Source: Eledone cirrhosa (taxonomy: Eukaryota). From it: 64,000 bases of DNA. The position numbers and the translations under genes were made by a program. The stretch is from contig OZ024754.1 in NCBI GenBank assembly GCA_964016885.1, positions 2,852,001 through 2,916,000 of the forward strand, written 5' to 3'. The notes under the pieces are model-generated. The model ran no database searches. It was not told the DNA's origin and was given only the letters and a program-made list of their open reading frames with translations. This document shows positions 24,821 to 38,711 of this stretch, piece by piece (within the stretch, counting starts at the first letter, position 1; each line of letters opens with the position of its first letter).

Positions 24821-26349
24821 AGATTGAAAAATGTTGATCAGTTCTCTTACAGTTATCATTTAAACAACTACTACTACTACTACTATTACTACCACCACCA
24901 CCGCTAATATTACTACTACTACTACTAAAACGACGACAACTACTACTACTAGTAGTAGTACCACCACCACCGCCGCCAATAATACTTCTAGCACCACCAC
25001 CACCAATACTACTACTACTACTACAACAGTAACTACTCGTATTACTAATTGTATGATATGGAGATGTGTTCATAGCGGTGGTGGTGGTGATGGTGGTGGT
25101 TGGTAGTGGTGATGGTGTGATGGTGGCGGGGATGGTATGGTGTTCATGGTGATGTTGTTGTTGATGGTGGTGGTGGTGTCATTGTTGTGGTTGGTGGTGG
25201 TGATGGTGAGTCTAGGTGAGAGGTTTCGCTTGACTGAAAATCTAGTATGCCAAGCCGGACGTGTCCCGCCTCCGTTCTCCCTCACACACACACACACACA
25301 CGGACACACGGACATATACACACACACACACCAGCACACCAGTACACACACGGACACATACACACACACATGGCCACATACACAAATACACAGACACGGA
25401 TACATACAGACATACACACACATGGATACATACACAAATAGACACACACAGACACATACACAAATATACACACACAGACACACACACACACGCGGACACA
25501 TATACATACACACACACACACACACAAGCACAGGCGCGCGCAAACACACAAACGCATTCACCCATAAACGCACAAATTTACGCGTGCATACACATACAAA
25601 CATACACACACATACACATACACACACATACACACATACATACACACACACACACATACACACACGCACTCCGTTCCGCTTGACTGATTCGTTCCGTGTT
25701 AATTGAGCCATATCTCTGAAAAGAGGGATTGATAGGCAGGTCAAATGGCAGGAATTATTCGCCCCTGTCTGAATTACACGGTTGTAGCGGAATCTGGGAG
25801 GAGGAGGAAGGGGAGGGGGAGGTAGGTTGTGAGAAGGACAATATGGTGGCCGTGGTGTTGAGGTTGGTGGTGGCAGCGGTGGTCGTGATGATGGTGTTGG
25901 TGATGGTGTTGGTGATGGTGGTGGTGATAATGTTGGTGTTGGTGTTGGCATTGGTGATGGTGGTGGTGATGGTGTTGGTGGTGGTGATGGTGGTGGTGTT
26001 GTAGTTGTTGCTGTTTCTGGAGGTACAACATACACACACACACACACACTTAAACACACAACACACTCAAACACACACACACTGCCATCTATGAGTGTAT
26101 GTGCACTGCAACTTTCCTTCTGCCGTGGCATCTTTACGTGAGTCCATTTCACCGACCCCGGAAGTATATAACAAAGTCAATGTTGCTGTGTTTCAATTTA
26201 GAACATAAAGGAGTCACAACAAAATGCAATATGACATTTTGTTTCCCCTTATATTGGTTCTTCTTTCCTTCCTAACATCATCAGGTGACTACAACTGACT
26301 ACCACTTTTGTGGACGGAGTCTGTTTGACTAATTGGACCACAACAGCAT

Positions 26350-26420
26350 CCCGTCTGAGGAAGGAGCTTCGTGAGGTGGGGTGGCAGTTGCAGCGGGTGT
26401 CGCTGGCCATTGTCCGTAGC
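26350..26420 (+). mobile_element. CRE-like ORF fragment
   Basis: ELREVGWQLQRVSLAIVR fits the RExxWLxQRxSLAIxRGN C-terminal motif. Confidence 0.55.
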
Positions 26421-26649
26421 CATTTTGTCCGCAGGGTACAGCTGAAACACCTCTCTGACCGAGGTGTAGAGTCTGTCAATCTCTCCCTTCCCTCTTTTTA
26501 TCTTCCTTTATCTAATAGTCCTTGTTCTTTCCCCTCATTTATAGCATTTATAGTCCTTTCCAATACTGCTTTGTTTTTCTGTCTATTTGATCAATTTATA
26601 ATTATATCAACAATAAATCTATGATAATTAGTGTATCAAAAACAAATAT

Positions 26650-26735
26650 GGTTTGAACTAAGGTCGCAAAGAGCCGAAGCAAATACCGCAAGGCATTCTA
26701 TCCGATGTTATAAAAATTCGGCCAATTTCTCGCCT
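26650..26735 (-). mobile_element. SINE family 1 head, old copy
   Basis: tttgaact...aaataccgcaaggcattctatccga...ggccaatttctcgcct. Confidence 0.55.
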
Positions 26736-27926
26736 AACTACACCATAGCTATCATTTCCACATGAACAACACCTACTACTACTACTACTTATACTGCGGC
26801 TGCTACTACTACTACTACTTCTACTACTACCACTACTACTTTACCCCGTCGATGGTTTAAGGGACAGCGAATAAAGGGTTTAATACCTTTGTCCTTGCTA
26901 TTTTCCCAAACCTACGATTTATACAGGTGATGAGGGATTATCCATCAGATTTCCATCTCACTACAAACGATCTGAACACCTGAAGTGATTAGCTTATCAC
27001 CTCACCTGGGTTTTGCCTTCCATCAGGTGGGACAGGTGGGACAAAATATCGCCCTCTTCTTTAATGACATCGTGTCTATTTCACCCAGTTGTTCATCAAG
27101 TGGATACACCTGAGTAACTCAGTCGGATCCATCACCAAGGACAAATGAGGGTGGGGGGAGGGGGAGCACCTGATCGCACTGTAATGTTCCCTACACCTAC
27201 CCACCCTCTACCTTCAATTTTCAATAGTGTACCTCTTCAGATTGAGAACCATTTCCGGTCATATGCTTAGAGGGAGCCACCCTAGGGTGCCCAATATCCT
27301 CCACCGCACTCAAGCATCGGCGACGGGTCGGGCCTTAATTAGGGATGAGCTAACAAGTAAAACGAGGGAGTTCTTGGAAGGTGTTAAATACATTTTATGA
27401 CGTCATTTTGGCGCGGGTACCTCCAACCTCATTCGCTATATTCCTGTTACGAATGATTCGGGGTTTCGGGGTTTATATCTGGTACATCGTTAGGGTTAAG
27501 GATGAAGGTTGCTTCATCACATCACTCTAACTTCTTCTCTCACCTAAGAACACGTTACTCTATTACAATAAATCTATTTATAGTTCTTGTTGTTGTCGTT
27601 TAACTCCAGGTCAGCACTGTTCAAACAAACAGACATATGGCCAAAACGTCCTACCTACATTACCCAACCAATACACGAGGGTAGGCGGAAAGGTTCATCG
27701 GCTGACTATGAAGGAGTGACGCTAGGTCGATACTCCCCTATTGGGGAATTTTTCATTGTTTCAATTTTCATTTTTATTGTTTATATATATATATGTTTCT
27801 ATGTCCTTTTTTTTTCTTTTCTTATATAAATAATAAAAATATTTACACGCACAAAACCCACATCGTACCGTCCTGTACCGTCTGTAATGTTTTTCTTGAT
27901 GTCAGCCCTTGTGGCCAATAAAGAAA

Positions 27927-27960
<34 letters not shown>

Positions 27961-28578
27961 GGTGTGTATATATAAAGAAACACACAAACAAGCTCCACAG
28001 ATTTCTAGAGTGGAAAGCAGCTGAGCTGTTATGAAAGAAGTATGAATGTCTTACAGAAAATATGATAAAGAAACGTAAATAAGAGAAATGAATTATTTAT
28101 AATCTAGAATGGAAACTATGTCAGGGACACATCATAGTTGAAGCTTACCTCTCTTCTACAGAGCTGGACACCTGAGTAATAAATATTAAGATCTTTCTTT
28201 TCTAACTTTAGTAAAATATAGGAATTATATTAGATAACAGATTATTTATTCCACTGTGTTGCGCTTCCCAACAATCAATGTATGGATATATTAATTCTTA
28301 TATTAGCAATGCTGAACTAAACTATTCAATGTTCTTAAGCAGTCTAGAATCTTTCTTCTGTCTGTGTTTTTAAGTACAGGTGCATACCTGCAGAAAGTTA
28401 TGCCATAATTTCTCAAGAAATAAGCAAGCAGTTGGTGTGTTCTAAGCTGATGGAATTACAAGGCTATAGTTAAAAGTCAGCTTTTAACAGCTGCTTCTTC
28501 ATAACTTTAAAATATCCAGTCTGTGTATTCTTTAATGTGGAACTAAATGAAGTTTTTCAAGCTCTGTTCTTAAAACTA

Positions 28579-28735
28579 AGGCGGCGAATTGGCAGAGTCG
28601 TTAGAACGTCGGATAGAAAGCTTTGCGGTATTCGTTCAAGCTTTCTGCTCTCTCCGAAAGGCAAAGATCAACTTTGCCTTTCACCCTTTCGAGGTCGATA
28701 AAAAAAGTACCAGTCTAGTACTGGAGTCGATTCTC
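28579..28735 (+). mobile_element. SINE family 1, older subfamily
   Basis: aggcggcgaattggcagagtcgttaga...ctttgcctttcaccctttcgaggtcgataaaaaaagtaccag. Confidence 0.75.
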
Positions 28736-28965
28736 CCCCCCCCCTCCCTCTCCCTCTCTCTATCTTTCTCTGGAAGAAATATGCTGTACCTAGGCCTGGA
28801 GAGGGTTGAGACCCCTTCTATAAAGAATTAATATTCAAAAGAAATGAGTCCATATCCTCCAAAGTATCTCACCAACAGTTAACATGTCACTGGTTCGGAT
28901 TCTCTCTCACATCAATCCTGAAAAGACCCAATCCATAAATCTGTACACAGATACACACACACACA

Positions 28966-29016
<51 letters not shown>

Positions 29017-29020
<4 letters not shown>

Positions 29021-29194
29021 GTTTCTACTTTTTGGCACAAGGCCAGCAATTACCCAGTGCATTACTGGTACTTTATTTTATCGACCCCGTAAGGATGAAA
29101 GGCAAAGTCAACCTCAGCGGGATTTGAACTCAGATCGTTAAGGGACGTAACTATGCTGGAAAGCATGGCATCCGACCCTCTACCGATACTGCCA
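29017..29194 (-). mobile_element. SINE family 1
   Basis: Close match to 4192-4372 and 12125-12298. Confidence 0.88.
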
Positions 29195-29827
29195 TAATAT
29201 GTGTGTGTGTGAGTGTGCGTGTACGTACTTGCTTATGTATGTACGTATGTATGTATGTATATATATATATATATATATTCACATATATACATTCATATAC
29301 ATACATACATTCATATATGGTGGCTGCCAACTCGTTTTCGAGTACGGCCACTACTTTATATCCATGTAGGAGAACCCCTACCGATGCCCTGAACAAGTGT
29401 GACTTTTTAGTCCAGCCAGTGACTTGAAAACTCTGGTACAAACACTACACCTGTGACAATTATTGACACATAGTGCTGGGCCCATGGTACCATGTGACGA
29501 CAAGTGCAGAGAGATCTCCAGATATAAAGCAATGCCTGTGCCGTGAAGCTTTTATAGTGAGCAAAGGCACTGCACAAAGCCAGTCCCACTCTCTTAACCA
29601 AGATGATATTTACCAAAAAGAAGAACAAGTCAACATCATTGGATACCATCAGGGTTGCAGGTGTTATATCAGAGTTTTCCTTCTCCTAGAATTCTGCCTT
29701 GACAAAGGCTAAGGGGTCATCTCTCCCGGTGATTTTGGATGGCCATTGACTCTTAAGAGCTCCTTTGCCCTTTGACAGGTTTTGTTTTTAGTCCTGCAGG
29801 ATGTCCAAAGTCACCCTCCTCACATTC

Positions 29828-29898
<71 letters not shown>

Positions 29899-29924
29899 TG
29901 CATTTATCTATCTATCTATATATT

Positions 29925-30023
<99 letters not shown>

Positions 30024-30404
30024 ATATGTATGTATACATATCTTACTCCTTTGGACAGCGTTTGGCTTACTCGACCATGATGGATGCCCCTCCTCTCTCT
30101 CTCTATCTATCTCTCACGCCCCCACACCCACACACACACAACACCAACAACAACAATAGACATTCTAAAATATTTCAACAAAGGATCCTGAGTGAAGAAA
30201 TACTGAGGGTCATTGGATGTAAATGGAGATATTATTGAGGGGGGGGGGGGGGGGAGATGAAGGAATAAGTGAGGAAGACAAGGAAGATATGAGAGAGAGC
30301 GAGAGAGAGAGAGAGAGAGAGAGTGTGTGTGTGAGGGAAGGGAGTATTGGCTGGCAGCTATAAATAGCGGAGAATTAATTGTGAAGTGGTATATTGTTAG
30401 AATT

Positions 30405-31688
30405 TCCACAATATCATGATACTAAAGGGGTGAAACTGTTGCTTTATTAGTCCCACATGATGTTACACTCCACATCATCATGATACTAAAGGGGCGAAAC
30501 TGTTGCTTTGTTAGTCCCACATGATGTTACACTCCACATCATCATGATACTAAAGGGGCGAAACTGTTGCTTTATTAGTCCCACATGATGTTACACTCCA
30601 CATCATCATGATACTAAAGGGGTGAAACTGTTGCTTTGTTAGTCCCACATGATGTTACACTCCACATCATGATACTAAAGGGGTGAAACTGTTGCTTTAT
30701 TAGTCCCACATGATGTTACACTCCACATCATCATGATACTAAAGGGGTGAAACTGTTGCTTTATTAGTCCCACATGATGTTACACTCCACATCATCATGA
30801 TACTAAAGGGGTGAAACTGTTGCTTTGTTAGTCCCACTTGATGTTACACTCCACATCATCATGATACTAAAGGGGTGAAACTGTTGCTTTATTAGTCCCA
30901 CATGATGTTACACTCCACATCATCATGATACTAAAGGGGTGAAACTGTTGCTTTATTAGTCCCACATGATGTTACACTCCACATCATCATGATACTAAAG
31001 GGGTGAAACTGTTGCTTTGTTAGTCCCACATGATGTTACACTCCACATCATCATGATACTAAAGGGGTGAAACTGTTGCTTTGTTAGTCCCACATGATGT
31101 TACACTCCACAATATCATGATACTAAAGGGGTGAAACTGTTGCTTTGTTAGTCCCACATGATGTTACACTCCACATCATCATGATACTAAAGGGGTGAAA
31201 CTGTTGCTTTGTTAGTCCCACATGATGTTACACTCCACATCATCATGATACTAAAGGGGTGAAACTGTTGCTTTGTTAGTCCCACATGATGTTACACTCC
31301 ACAATATCATGATACTAAAGGGGTGAAACTGTTGCTTTGTTAGTCCCACATGATGTTACACTCCACATCATCATGATACTAAAGGGGTGAAACTGTTGCT
31401 TTGTTAGTCCCACATGATGTTACACTCCACAATATCATGATACTAAAGGGGTGAAACTGTTGCTTTGTTAGTCCCACATGATGTTACACTCCACAATATC
31501 ATGATACTAAAGGGGTGAAACTGTTGCTTTGTTAGTCCCACATGATGTTACACTCCACATCATCATGATACTAAAGGGGTGAAACTGTTGCTTTGTTAGT
31601 CCCACATGATGTTACACTCCACATCATCATGATACTAAAGGGGTGAAACTGTTGCTTTGTTAGTCCCACATGATGTTACACTCCACAT
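30405..31688. repeat. 64-bp minisatellite, ~20 copies
   Basis: Unit catcatgatactaaaggggtgaaactgttgcttt(g/a)ttagtcccacatgatgttacactccacat. Confidence 0.97.
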
Positions 31689-32044
31689 TATACCACACTT
31701 CGGCTTTTCTATACTTCATTGTCAGGTTGAGATAAAAAAAAAAAAAAAAGAATTGTTCTTCACACATTGCTTTTACTTTAATAGTTTGTTTGTCTGTTGT
31801 TGTTGTTGGAGGTGGTGGTGGTGGTGGTGGTGGTGGTGGTGATGGTGGTGGTGGTGATGGTGGTGGTGGCGGCGGCTTTGGTGATGGTGGTGGTTGTGAT
31901 GGTGGTGGTTGTGATGACAGTGGTGGTGGTGATGGTAGAGGTGGGGGTGGTTATGGCACAACACATTTTATGAGTTTCTCTTCAAAACTCTAGAAACCTT
32001 CAAAAGTCAACCAAGCAGAACTTTTATTTTTATTTTTATTTTTA

Positions 32045-32075
<31 letters not shown>

Positions 32076-32562
32076 TTTGTTTTTATTTTTGTATTTTTTA
32101 TATCTTGAAAAAACAAAAAAAAAAGGTAAAAAGAGATTTGTATTTATTTACGTATTTATATATTTATTTATATTTCTTTTAAACCTATTTTTCCTTTCGT
32201 CTACCTGTGTCTCTTTGTCTTTTTAATTTATTATTTTTTTTACCTGAGATGATACGAAAGGTAAAAGTTACTGTTTCAACTCTTCAATGTTGTTTTTTTT
32301 TTTTTTTTATTTTTTCATTTCTTTTCGTAAATAAATAAATAAATAAATATATAAATAAATAAATTCTTAAGATTGTCCAGGTGAGAGAGAATTATATATC
32401 CTTCTCATTTCCACCTGGTTGTCACAGCATGGATGAATATATGAGGGGCTCATTTCGTCCTCAGCAGGTCTCAGGTTCGATCCCACCGCGTGGCATCATG
32501 GGTAAATGTCATCTATTATAGCTGTGGTAGAAATTCATTGCTTATACATTTTATATCTACTA

Positions 32563-32710
32563 ATAATTGTTTCTACTTCTGGCACAAGGCCAGCAATTAC
32601 CCCAGTGTATTACTGGTACTTTCTTTTATCGACCCCCTCCCTATCCCCATAAGGATTAAAGGTAAAACTAACCTCGGCTGGATTTGAACTCAGAACGTAA
32701 AGGGCCGTGA
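32563..32710 (-). mobile_element. SINE family 1, 5'-truncated
   Basis: ttgtttctacttctggcacaaggccagcaattac...gatttgaactcagaacgtaaagggccg. Confidence 0.8.
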
Positions 32711-33635
32711 CTACTACCACCACCACCATCATTACTATCACCACCACTACCACTACAATCATTACTACACATACACACACACACACACACACAATACACT
32801 ATTCGATCAGAGTTAGCTTAGGTGTTAATACACCGCAAACAAATATACACACTATAAACACACACACACACAGTCACACTACAAACACACACACACAGAC
32901 ACACAGTCACACGACAAACACACACACAGTCACACAAACTATAAGCACACGATAAAAACACACACCCTGTAAACACACACATACTATAAACACATAGATA
33001 CAGACACACATTACAACCACAATCGCGCACACGCATACCAACACACACACATTACAATGCCATCAAGAAGATTTCCACACACACGCCCAACACAGAGACA
33101 CATACACACACCCAACACAGAGACACATACACACACCCAACACACAGACACACATCACCCACACACAGACCCCCCCCCCCACACACACACCCCACACACA
33201 CACACCCAACACACACACACAACCACACACACCCAAAACCCACACACCCAACACACAGACTGACTGCCCCCCCCCACACCACACACACGCTCACCCCACC
33301 CAACACACACACGCCCAACACACACACGCCCAACACACAACACACAGACACACACACAATACCAGAAAACTTCGTCTCAACAAACACACGCCAGTGAATA
33401 ATAAAAGTAAAATGGAACAGGGACAAATATTATTCAATTTTCCATTTTATTTGTTCAGTTTTCATAAAGTATTTAACAAGATTCTAACAACTAATAACAA
33501 CCATTCAATAAGCAGACGACACAGTTTCTATCATCTCGCTAGTTGTCTTCTTTCAACCGCTTCTATTTCCTTTTATACTCAATATACATATAAACTTACA
33601 TATATATACACACACACACACATATATATATATAT

Positions 33636-33680
<45 letters not shown>

Positions 33681-33875
33681 ACCTCGATAAATAAACTCAC
33701 CTCACCTATTCTGGTTTACATTTATCTGTACCACAACACAAACAATTGTATATGTGTGTGCATGTATATGTCTATATATATATATACATATATATAATAC
33801 ACACACACACATATATATATATATATATGTGTGTGTGTTTATGTCTATATATATATATATATACATATATATAAT

Positions 33876-33953
<78 letters not shown>

Positions 33954-34280
33954 TTATGTGTATATATACATATATATATATATACAATATACATATGTAT
34001 ATATATAAAGAATGTACATACATATATATAATATATACATATATATATATGCGTGAATGGTCGCGTGTGTGTGAGGGTGTGTATGTGTGTGTGAGAGAGA
34101 GTGTGTGAGTGTGTGAGTGTTACTAATTTCTCAATGATATACATGTGTGTGTGTGTGTATGTGTGTGTATGTGTGAGTGGCCGTGGGTGTCTGTGTGTTA
34201 CCAATTTCTCAATGATATACATGTGTGTGTGTGAGTGGCCGTGTGTGTGTATGTGTGTGTGTGTGTGTGTGTGTGAGTGG

Positions 34281-34319
<39 letters not shown>

Positions 34320-34448
34320 TAGCCGTGTGTGTGTATGTGTGTGTGTGTGAGTGACCGTGTGTGTGTATGTGTGTGTATGTGTGTGTGTGAGTGGCCGTGT
34401 GTGTGTGTGTGTGTGTGTGAGTGGCCGTGTGTATGAGTGGCCGTGTGT

Positions 34449-34479
<31 letters not shown>

Positions 34480-34985
34480 AGTGGCCGTGTCTGTGTGTGT
34501 GTGAGTGGCCGTGTGTGTGTGTGTGTGTGCTACCAATTTCTCATTGAGATATAGTAACATGTTAAATACCCTTCAGTTTACAAACAAACACGACCTAACC
34601 TAACGAAAACACAGAATTACTACAATTATTCCTTATAAGGGGGAGACTTGTCCGACAGGGGCTTCGGTGGCCCTCCGTTCAACTATGAATGACAATTTGT
34701 TTTCTTTCGCTTATTATGTGGTGGTGGTGGTGGTGGTGGTGGTGGTGGTGGTGGTGGTGGTGGTGGTGGTGGTGGTAGTGATGGTGGTGGTGGTGGTGGT
34801 AGTGGTGGTGGTGGTAGTGATGGTGGTGGTGGTAGTGGTGGTGGTCGTGGTGGTGGTAGTGGTGGTGGTAGTGATGGTGGTGGTGGTGGTGGTGGTAGTG
34901 GGGGGTGGGGGTTATTTGCTTGGTACCCTTCGTGTTTGCAACAATACTTAACTCATACAAGTATGTGTATGGGTGAGTATATATT

Positions 34986-35017
<32 letters not shown>

Positions 35018-35035
35018 TATACATATACACACACA

Positions 35036-35067
<32 letters not shown>

Positions 35068-35084
35068 CATATATATATATACAC

Positions 35085-35180
<96 letters not shown>

Positions 35181-35260
35181 GTGTATGTGTGTGTATACAC
35201 GCACATACCAATATATATGCACATATGTATGTATGTGTGTATGTGTGTGTATGTATGATT

Positions 35261-35452
35261 TAGGCACAATACTAACAATTTGAGGGGAGAGGAAATCGAT
35301 TAAATCGACTCCAGTGCATAACTGGTACTTTATTGTATCGACCCTGTAAGGATGAATGCCAAAGTTAACCTCGGCGGGATTTGAACTCAGACCTTAAAGG
35401 GTCATAACTCTATGCTGTAAAGCATGGCGTCCGACGCTTTACCGATCCTGCC
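35261..35452 (-). mobile_element. SINE family 1, long-tail variant
   Basis: Contains ggggagaggaaatcgattaaatcgac plus the family body and head. Confidence 0.8.
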
Positions 35453-35464
35453 CTATACGCGTCT

Positions 35465-35630
35465 ATCTTGCTATCCTCCGGGGGGACGTCTTCTCCATTC
35501 GGTCTGCCGGGGCCGTGGAGCGGCCAACGCGTGGGACCCCATTTGCTCATGATAGTGAGAGACGGGGAGCGCGAGAGAGAGATGGAGGCGATGACAGTGG
35601 GAGTTTGGCTCCTCTGTGTTCGGACCTGGC
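35465..35630 (+). mobile_element. CRE-like LINE 3' end
   Basis: Degraded LAILRG...FSIRSAG, then cgtgggaccccatttgctca...gatgacagtgggagtt shared with 24690-24820. Confidence 0.6.
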
Positions 35631-36329
35631 GTACACCTGTATATGTATGCTTACTGTCTTATCATATAGACATATTTACCAGATAGAAGAGATTGTATAT
35701 ATTATCTGCGTCTATATTTCCATTCGGTGTCAACAAACACATTTATATATCGTATCTAGTTATATGTATAAATCTGCTCAAGCCTTTCATTAAGGTGTAG
35801 AATTCACGTCGGCTATTTCACTGTTTTCGCTTCACTATGATAATTCAAAAGGCTTCGTTTTAGATTCCGCACCCTTTTTTTTATCATTCTATTCTATTCT
35901 AAAATGAATGTAATTGAAACTCTGTAATAAACACTTCACATGGTAATTACTTAGTCGACCTGTTCCTTATCAACAAAACTAGAAAACATAAATCAAATTA
36001 TGACCTTGCCTAGCTGACCTAAGCCTAGCAAATAACTTCAGACCTCTGGCCTATAATTTAAGATTCTAATGCAAATAAATATCAAGCCGAGAAATTAGTT
36101 ATTAAACCTTCACATCGACCATGAATTAAAGTATTTATGATATGGCATCATATATCTTATACATGAAGTATGTCTGTGCATTTATGTTTAGATTATGTAA
36201 GTATTTATCTATGTATCTTAAAACTAAATTAAAAATTAGATACGAATTAGTATTAATGAACCTTTATCTATGTACTAAAGACTACGGAGCAGGTGTGAAA
36301 ATAAAGTAAGGTTCTTCTTCTTTTTCTTT

Positions 36330-36585
36330 TTCTTTTTCTTCACCCACTTATTCCCGAAAAGGTCGTGGGGTACAGAGTCCTCAAACATTCCTTCCAGTAG
36401 GTCCTGTCAGAAGTAACCGTCTCCAACTGATCTGGCTGTATCCCCCAAGCGAGACCAGCCAATCTCATGGGTGTTATCCAACCATATTACTCGGGGTCAG
36501 CCCCGGGGTCTCCTGCCGGTTGGGTTTTTTTTGCTTGTAAAATCTGTCCAGCGATTCTTTCCTGAGACATTCTTACCACATGCCT
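36330..36585 (-). mobile_element. RTE-clade LINE 3' fragment
   Basis: Homologous to 11466-11760 and 63201-63478 (aaaatctgtccagcgattctttcctgagacatt; gttatccaa). Confidence 0.7.
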
Positions 36586-36730
36586 AAAATGTTAACCTAC
36601 GAAATAAATAGATATTCGTGTTCAGCAAACGAAGATCCGCGATTTCAAACACGGCCTTTTCAGTAGTGTTGTAGTCACAACTCTCGATTTTCTCTCAATC
36701 AGATTGTCAATATTTAGAATTTTTTCCAGC

Positions 36731-36815
<85 letters not shown>

Positions 36816-36915
36816 GGTATAGAAAGTATTGTAGCAAGAAGCCAACAGTATTCCATAATATATAAGTAACTATAGCTCTCTCTCTCTCTCTCTAGAGAGA
36901 GAGAGAGAGAGATAT

Positions 36916-37227
36916 CTAGGGAGTGTAACTTGGAGTTACTGCAGGTTCACCCGGGTGAGCACTCGATGTTTAGGTTCACTTCTGTGTAATATATTGAAAA
37001 GATAACAAGGACGATTGGTTACTCCTTCATTACATTTATTGGTAGGTGACGCGCATTTCGCCACTGATCAGCTCAAGGTTCGATCTGTATCGATCTTACT
37101 TGACTCTATAACCGGCAGCTCGACGATACAGATCGAACCTTGAGCTGATTAGTGGCGAAACGCGCGTCACCTACCAATAAATGTAATGAAGGAGTAACCA
37201 ATCGTCCATGTTATCCTTTCAATATAT
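36916..37227. mobile_element. Penelope-like mini-element family E with a 104-bp inverted repeat and tail
   Basis: Arms 36989-37092 and 37124-37227 differ at 4 positions and contain GAAACGCGCGTC followed by aataaa. Confidence 0.8.
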
Positions 37228-37240
37228 ATATATATATAAA

Positions 37241-37420
37241 GGGCGGTGAATTGGCAATATCGGTAGAGGGTCGGACATGCTTACCAGCATAGTTATGTCC
37301 CTTTACGTTCTGAGTTCAAATCCCGCCGAGGTTAACTTTGCCTTTCATCCTTACGGGGTCGATAAAATAAAGTACCAGTAATGTACTGGGTAATTGCTGG
37401 CCTTGTGCCAAAAGTAGAAA
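37241..37420 (+). mobile_element. SINE family 1, full length
   Basis: gggcggtgaattggcaatatcggtag...gagttcaaatccc...ccttgtgccaaaagtagaaa. Confidence 0.88.
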
Positions 37421-37421
37421 C

Positions 37422-37458
<37 letters not shown>

Positions 37459-37512
37459 ATATATATCAAATGAAGCAACGGAGTAAAGGACTCGCGTTGT
37501 TCCCTGTAATAT

Positions 37513-37614
37513 AATTGTTTCTATTTTTGGCACAAGGCCACCAATTACCCAGTGTATTACTGGTACTTTATTTTATCGACCCCGTAAGGATGAGAGGCAA
37601 AGTTAAGCTCGGCG
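37513..37614 (-). mobile_element. SINE family 1, 3' half, inverted relative to the previous copy
   Basis: Reverse complement of ~37325-37420. Confidence 0.85.
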
Positions 37615-37654
37615 CCCTGTAATGTAATGAACTCATTATACATGTATTCTCTCC

Positions 37655-37687
<33 letters not shown>

Positions 37688-37806
37688 TTGTGTGTGTGAA
37701 ATGTGCGCATCCAAACGCAAATGATAATAAAACTAGTCGATCACTATCGCTATTTATTAAGAAAACCGGGGGGGGGGGAGCCCTTGAGACTTAAAAGCCG
37801 AAGAAT

Positions 37807-37882
37807 GCCGACATAGGCGGATAATCGAACGTTGCACCTTTCGGACACCGGGTGAGGGCGTTAACCACTATGCTACAGAACC
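37807..37882 (-). pseudogene. tRNA-like sequence (pseudogene or SINE head)
   Basis: Minus strand ggttctgtagcatagtggttaacgcc...cgttcgatt has A- and B-boxes, but no complete cloverleaf was found. Confidence 0.4.
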
Positions 37883-38040
37883 TCTGGCGGTTAATTTCGC
37901 TTATTTAGAAGATTTTAAGATTGAAGTCAGAAGTTTAAAAAACGGTTAACAGTTTCAAAAGGTTGTTGACGTTGTTGTTGTTGTCTGATAGCCAGAAATA
38001 CTCCATCCTGTTGTGTGAAATAAAATTTATTTTTTAACAA

Positions 38041-38255
38041 TTAGCAATATCGGTAGAGCGCCGGACAACATAATCTACGGAGCTTAACGATCTGAGTTCA
38101 AATTCCGTCCAGATTAGCTTTGCCTTTTATCCTTACAGGGGTCGCTAAAATAAAGTACCAGTAATGTACTGGGGTCGATTTAATCTACTTTCGATTGATT
38201 TAATCCACCACATCGCTCCCCAAAATTGTCGGCCTTGTTCCTAAATGAGAAACCA
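38041..38255 (+). mobile_element. SINE family 1, long-tail variant
   Basis: gcaatatcggtagagcg...gagttcaaattcc...aaagtaccagtaatgtactggggtcgatttaatc. Confidence 0.78.
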
Positions 38256-38609
38256 TATTTTGATAACAGCCAACAGCGAGGTAGACAAAGGTAACTGGTG
38301 CCAGGATCGAACTTGTGATCTTCCTCTCTCGTTTCAACTTATTATACAGCTCTGCCAATGTTTGTCAACTTAGACAAGTGGGAAGGGGCTGTTGAAGTAT
38401 TCTTAGAAAACATCAAAGGGGCGTGTCGTTCCTCGACATTGCCGTCGTCTGCAGACACACACACACACATGTGTGTGTGTGTATGTGTGTGTGTGTGTGT
38501 GTGTTAGTGTGTATGTGTGAGTGTATAGTTGGAAATGAGCGAACAAAACAGATGAGGTAATTGTACAGTTATATTAGATTCACGCTTTGTGGAAGTGGAG
38601 GATTTTTCA

Positions 38610-38711
<102 letters not shown>

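Noticed and set aside
28145-28550. Possible minus-strand exons bounded by ag/gt (23-nt segment at ~28149-28171; ~155-nt segment at ~28388-28541)
   Set aside because: The larger segment has stops in all three frames, and the small one cannot be supported without transcript data.
29320-29810. Possible RTE-like 5' UTR on the minus strand (ctaggagaaggaaaactctg)
   Set aside because: Only a short recalled motif, with no second copy or ORF to support boundaries.
21629-31688. Tandem arrays as possible CRISPR loci
   Set aside because: No unique spacers, no cas genes and a eukaryotic context.
32437-32464. Minus-strand CTGAGGA-c-GAA-ATGAG-ccc-CTCAT-A
   Set aside because: No stem II or stem I; at most a 3' half hammerhead or a chance match.
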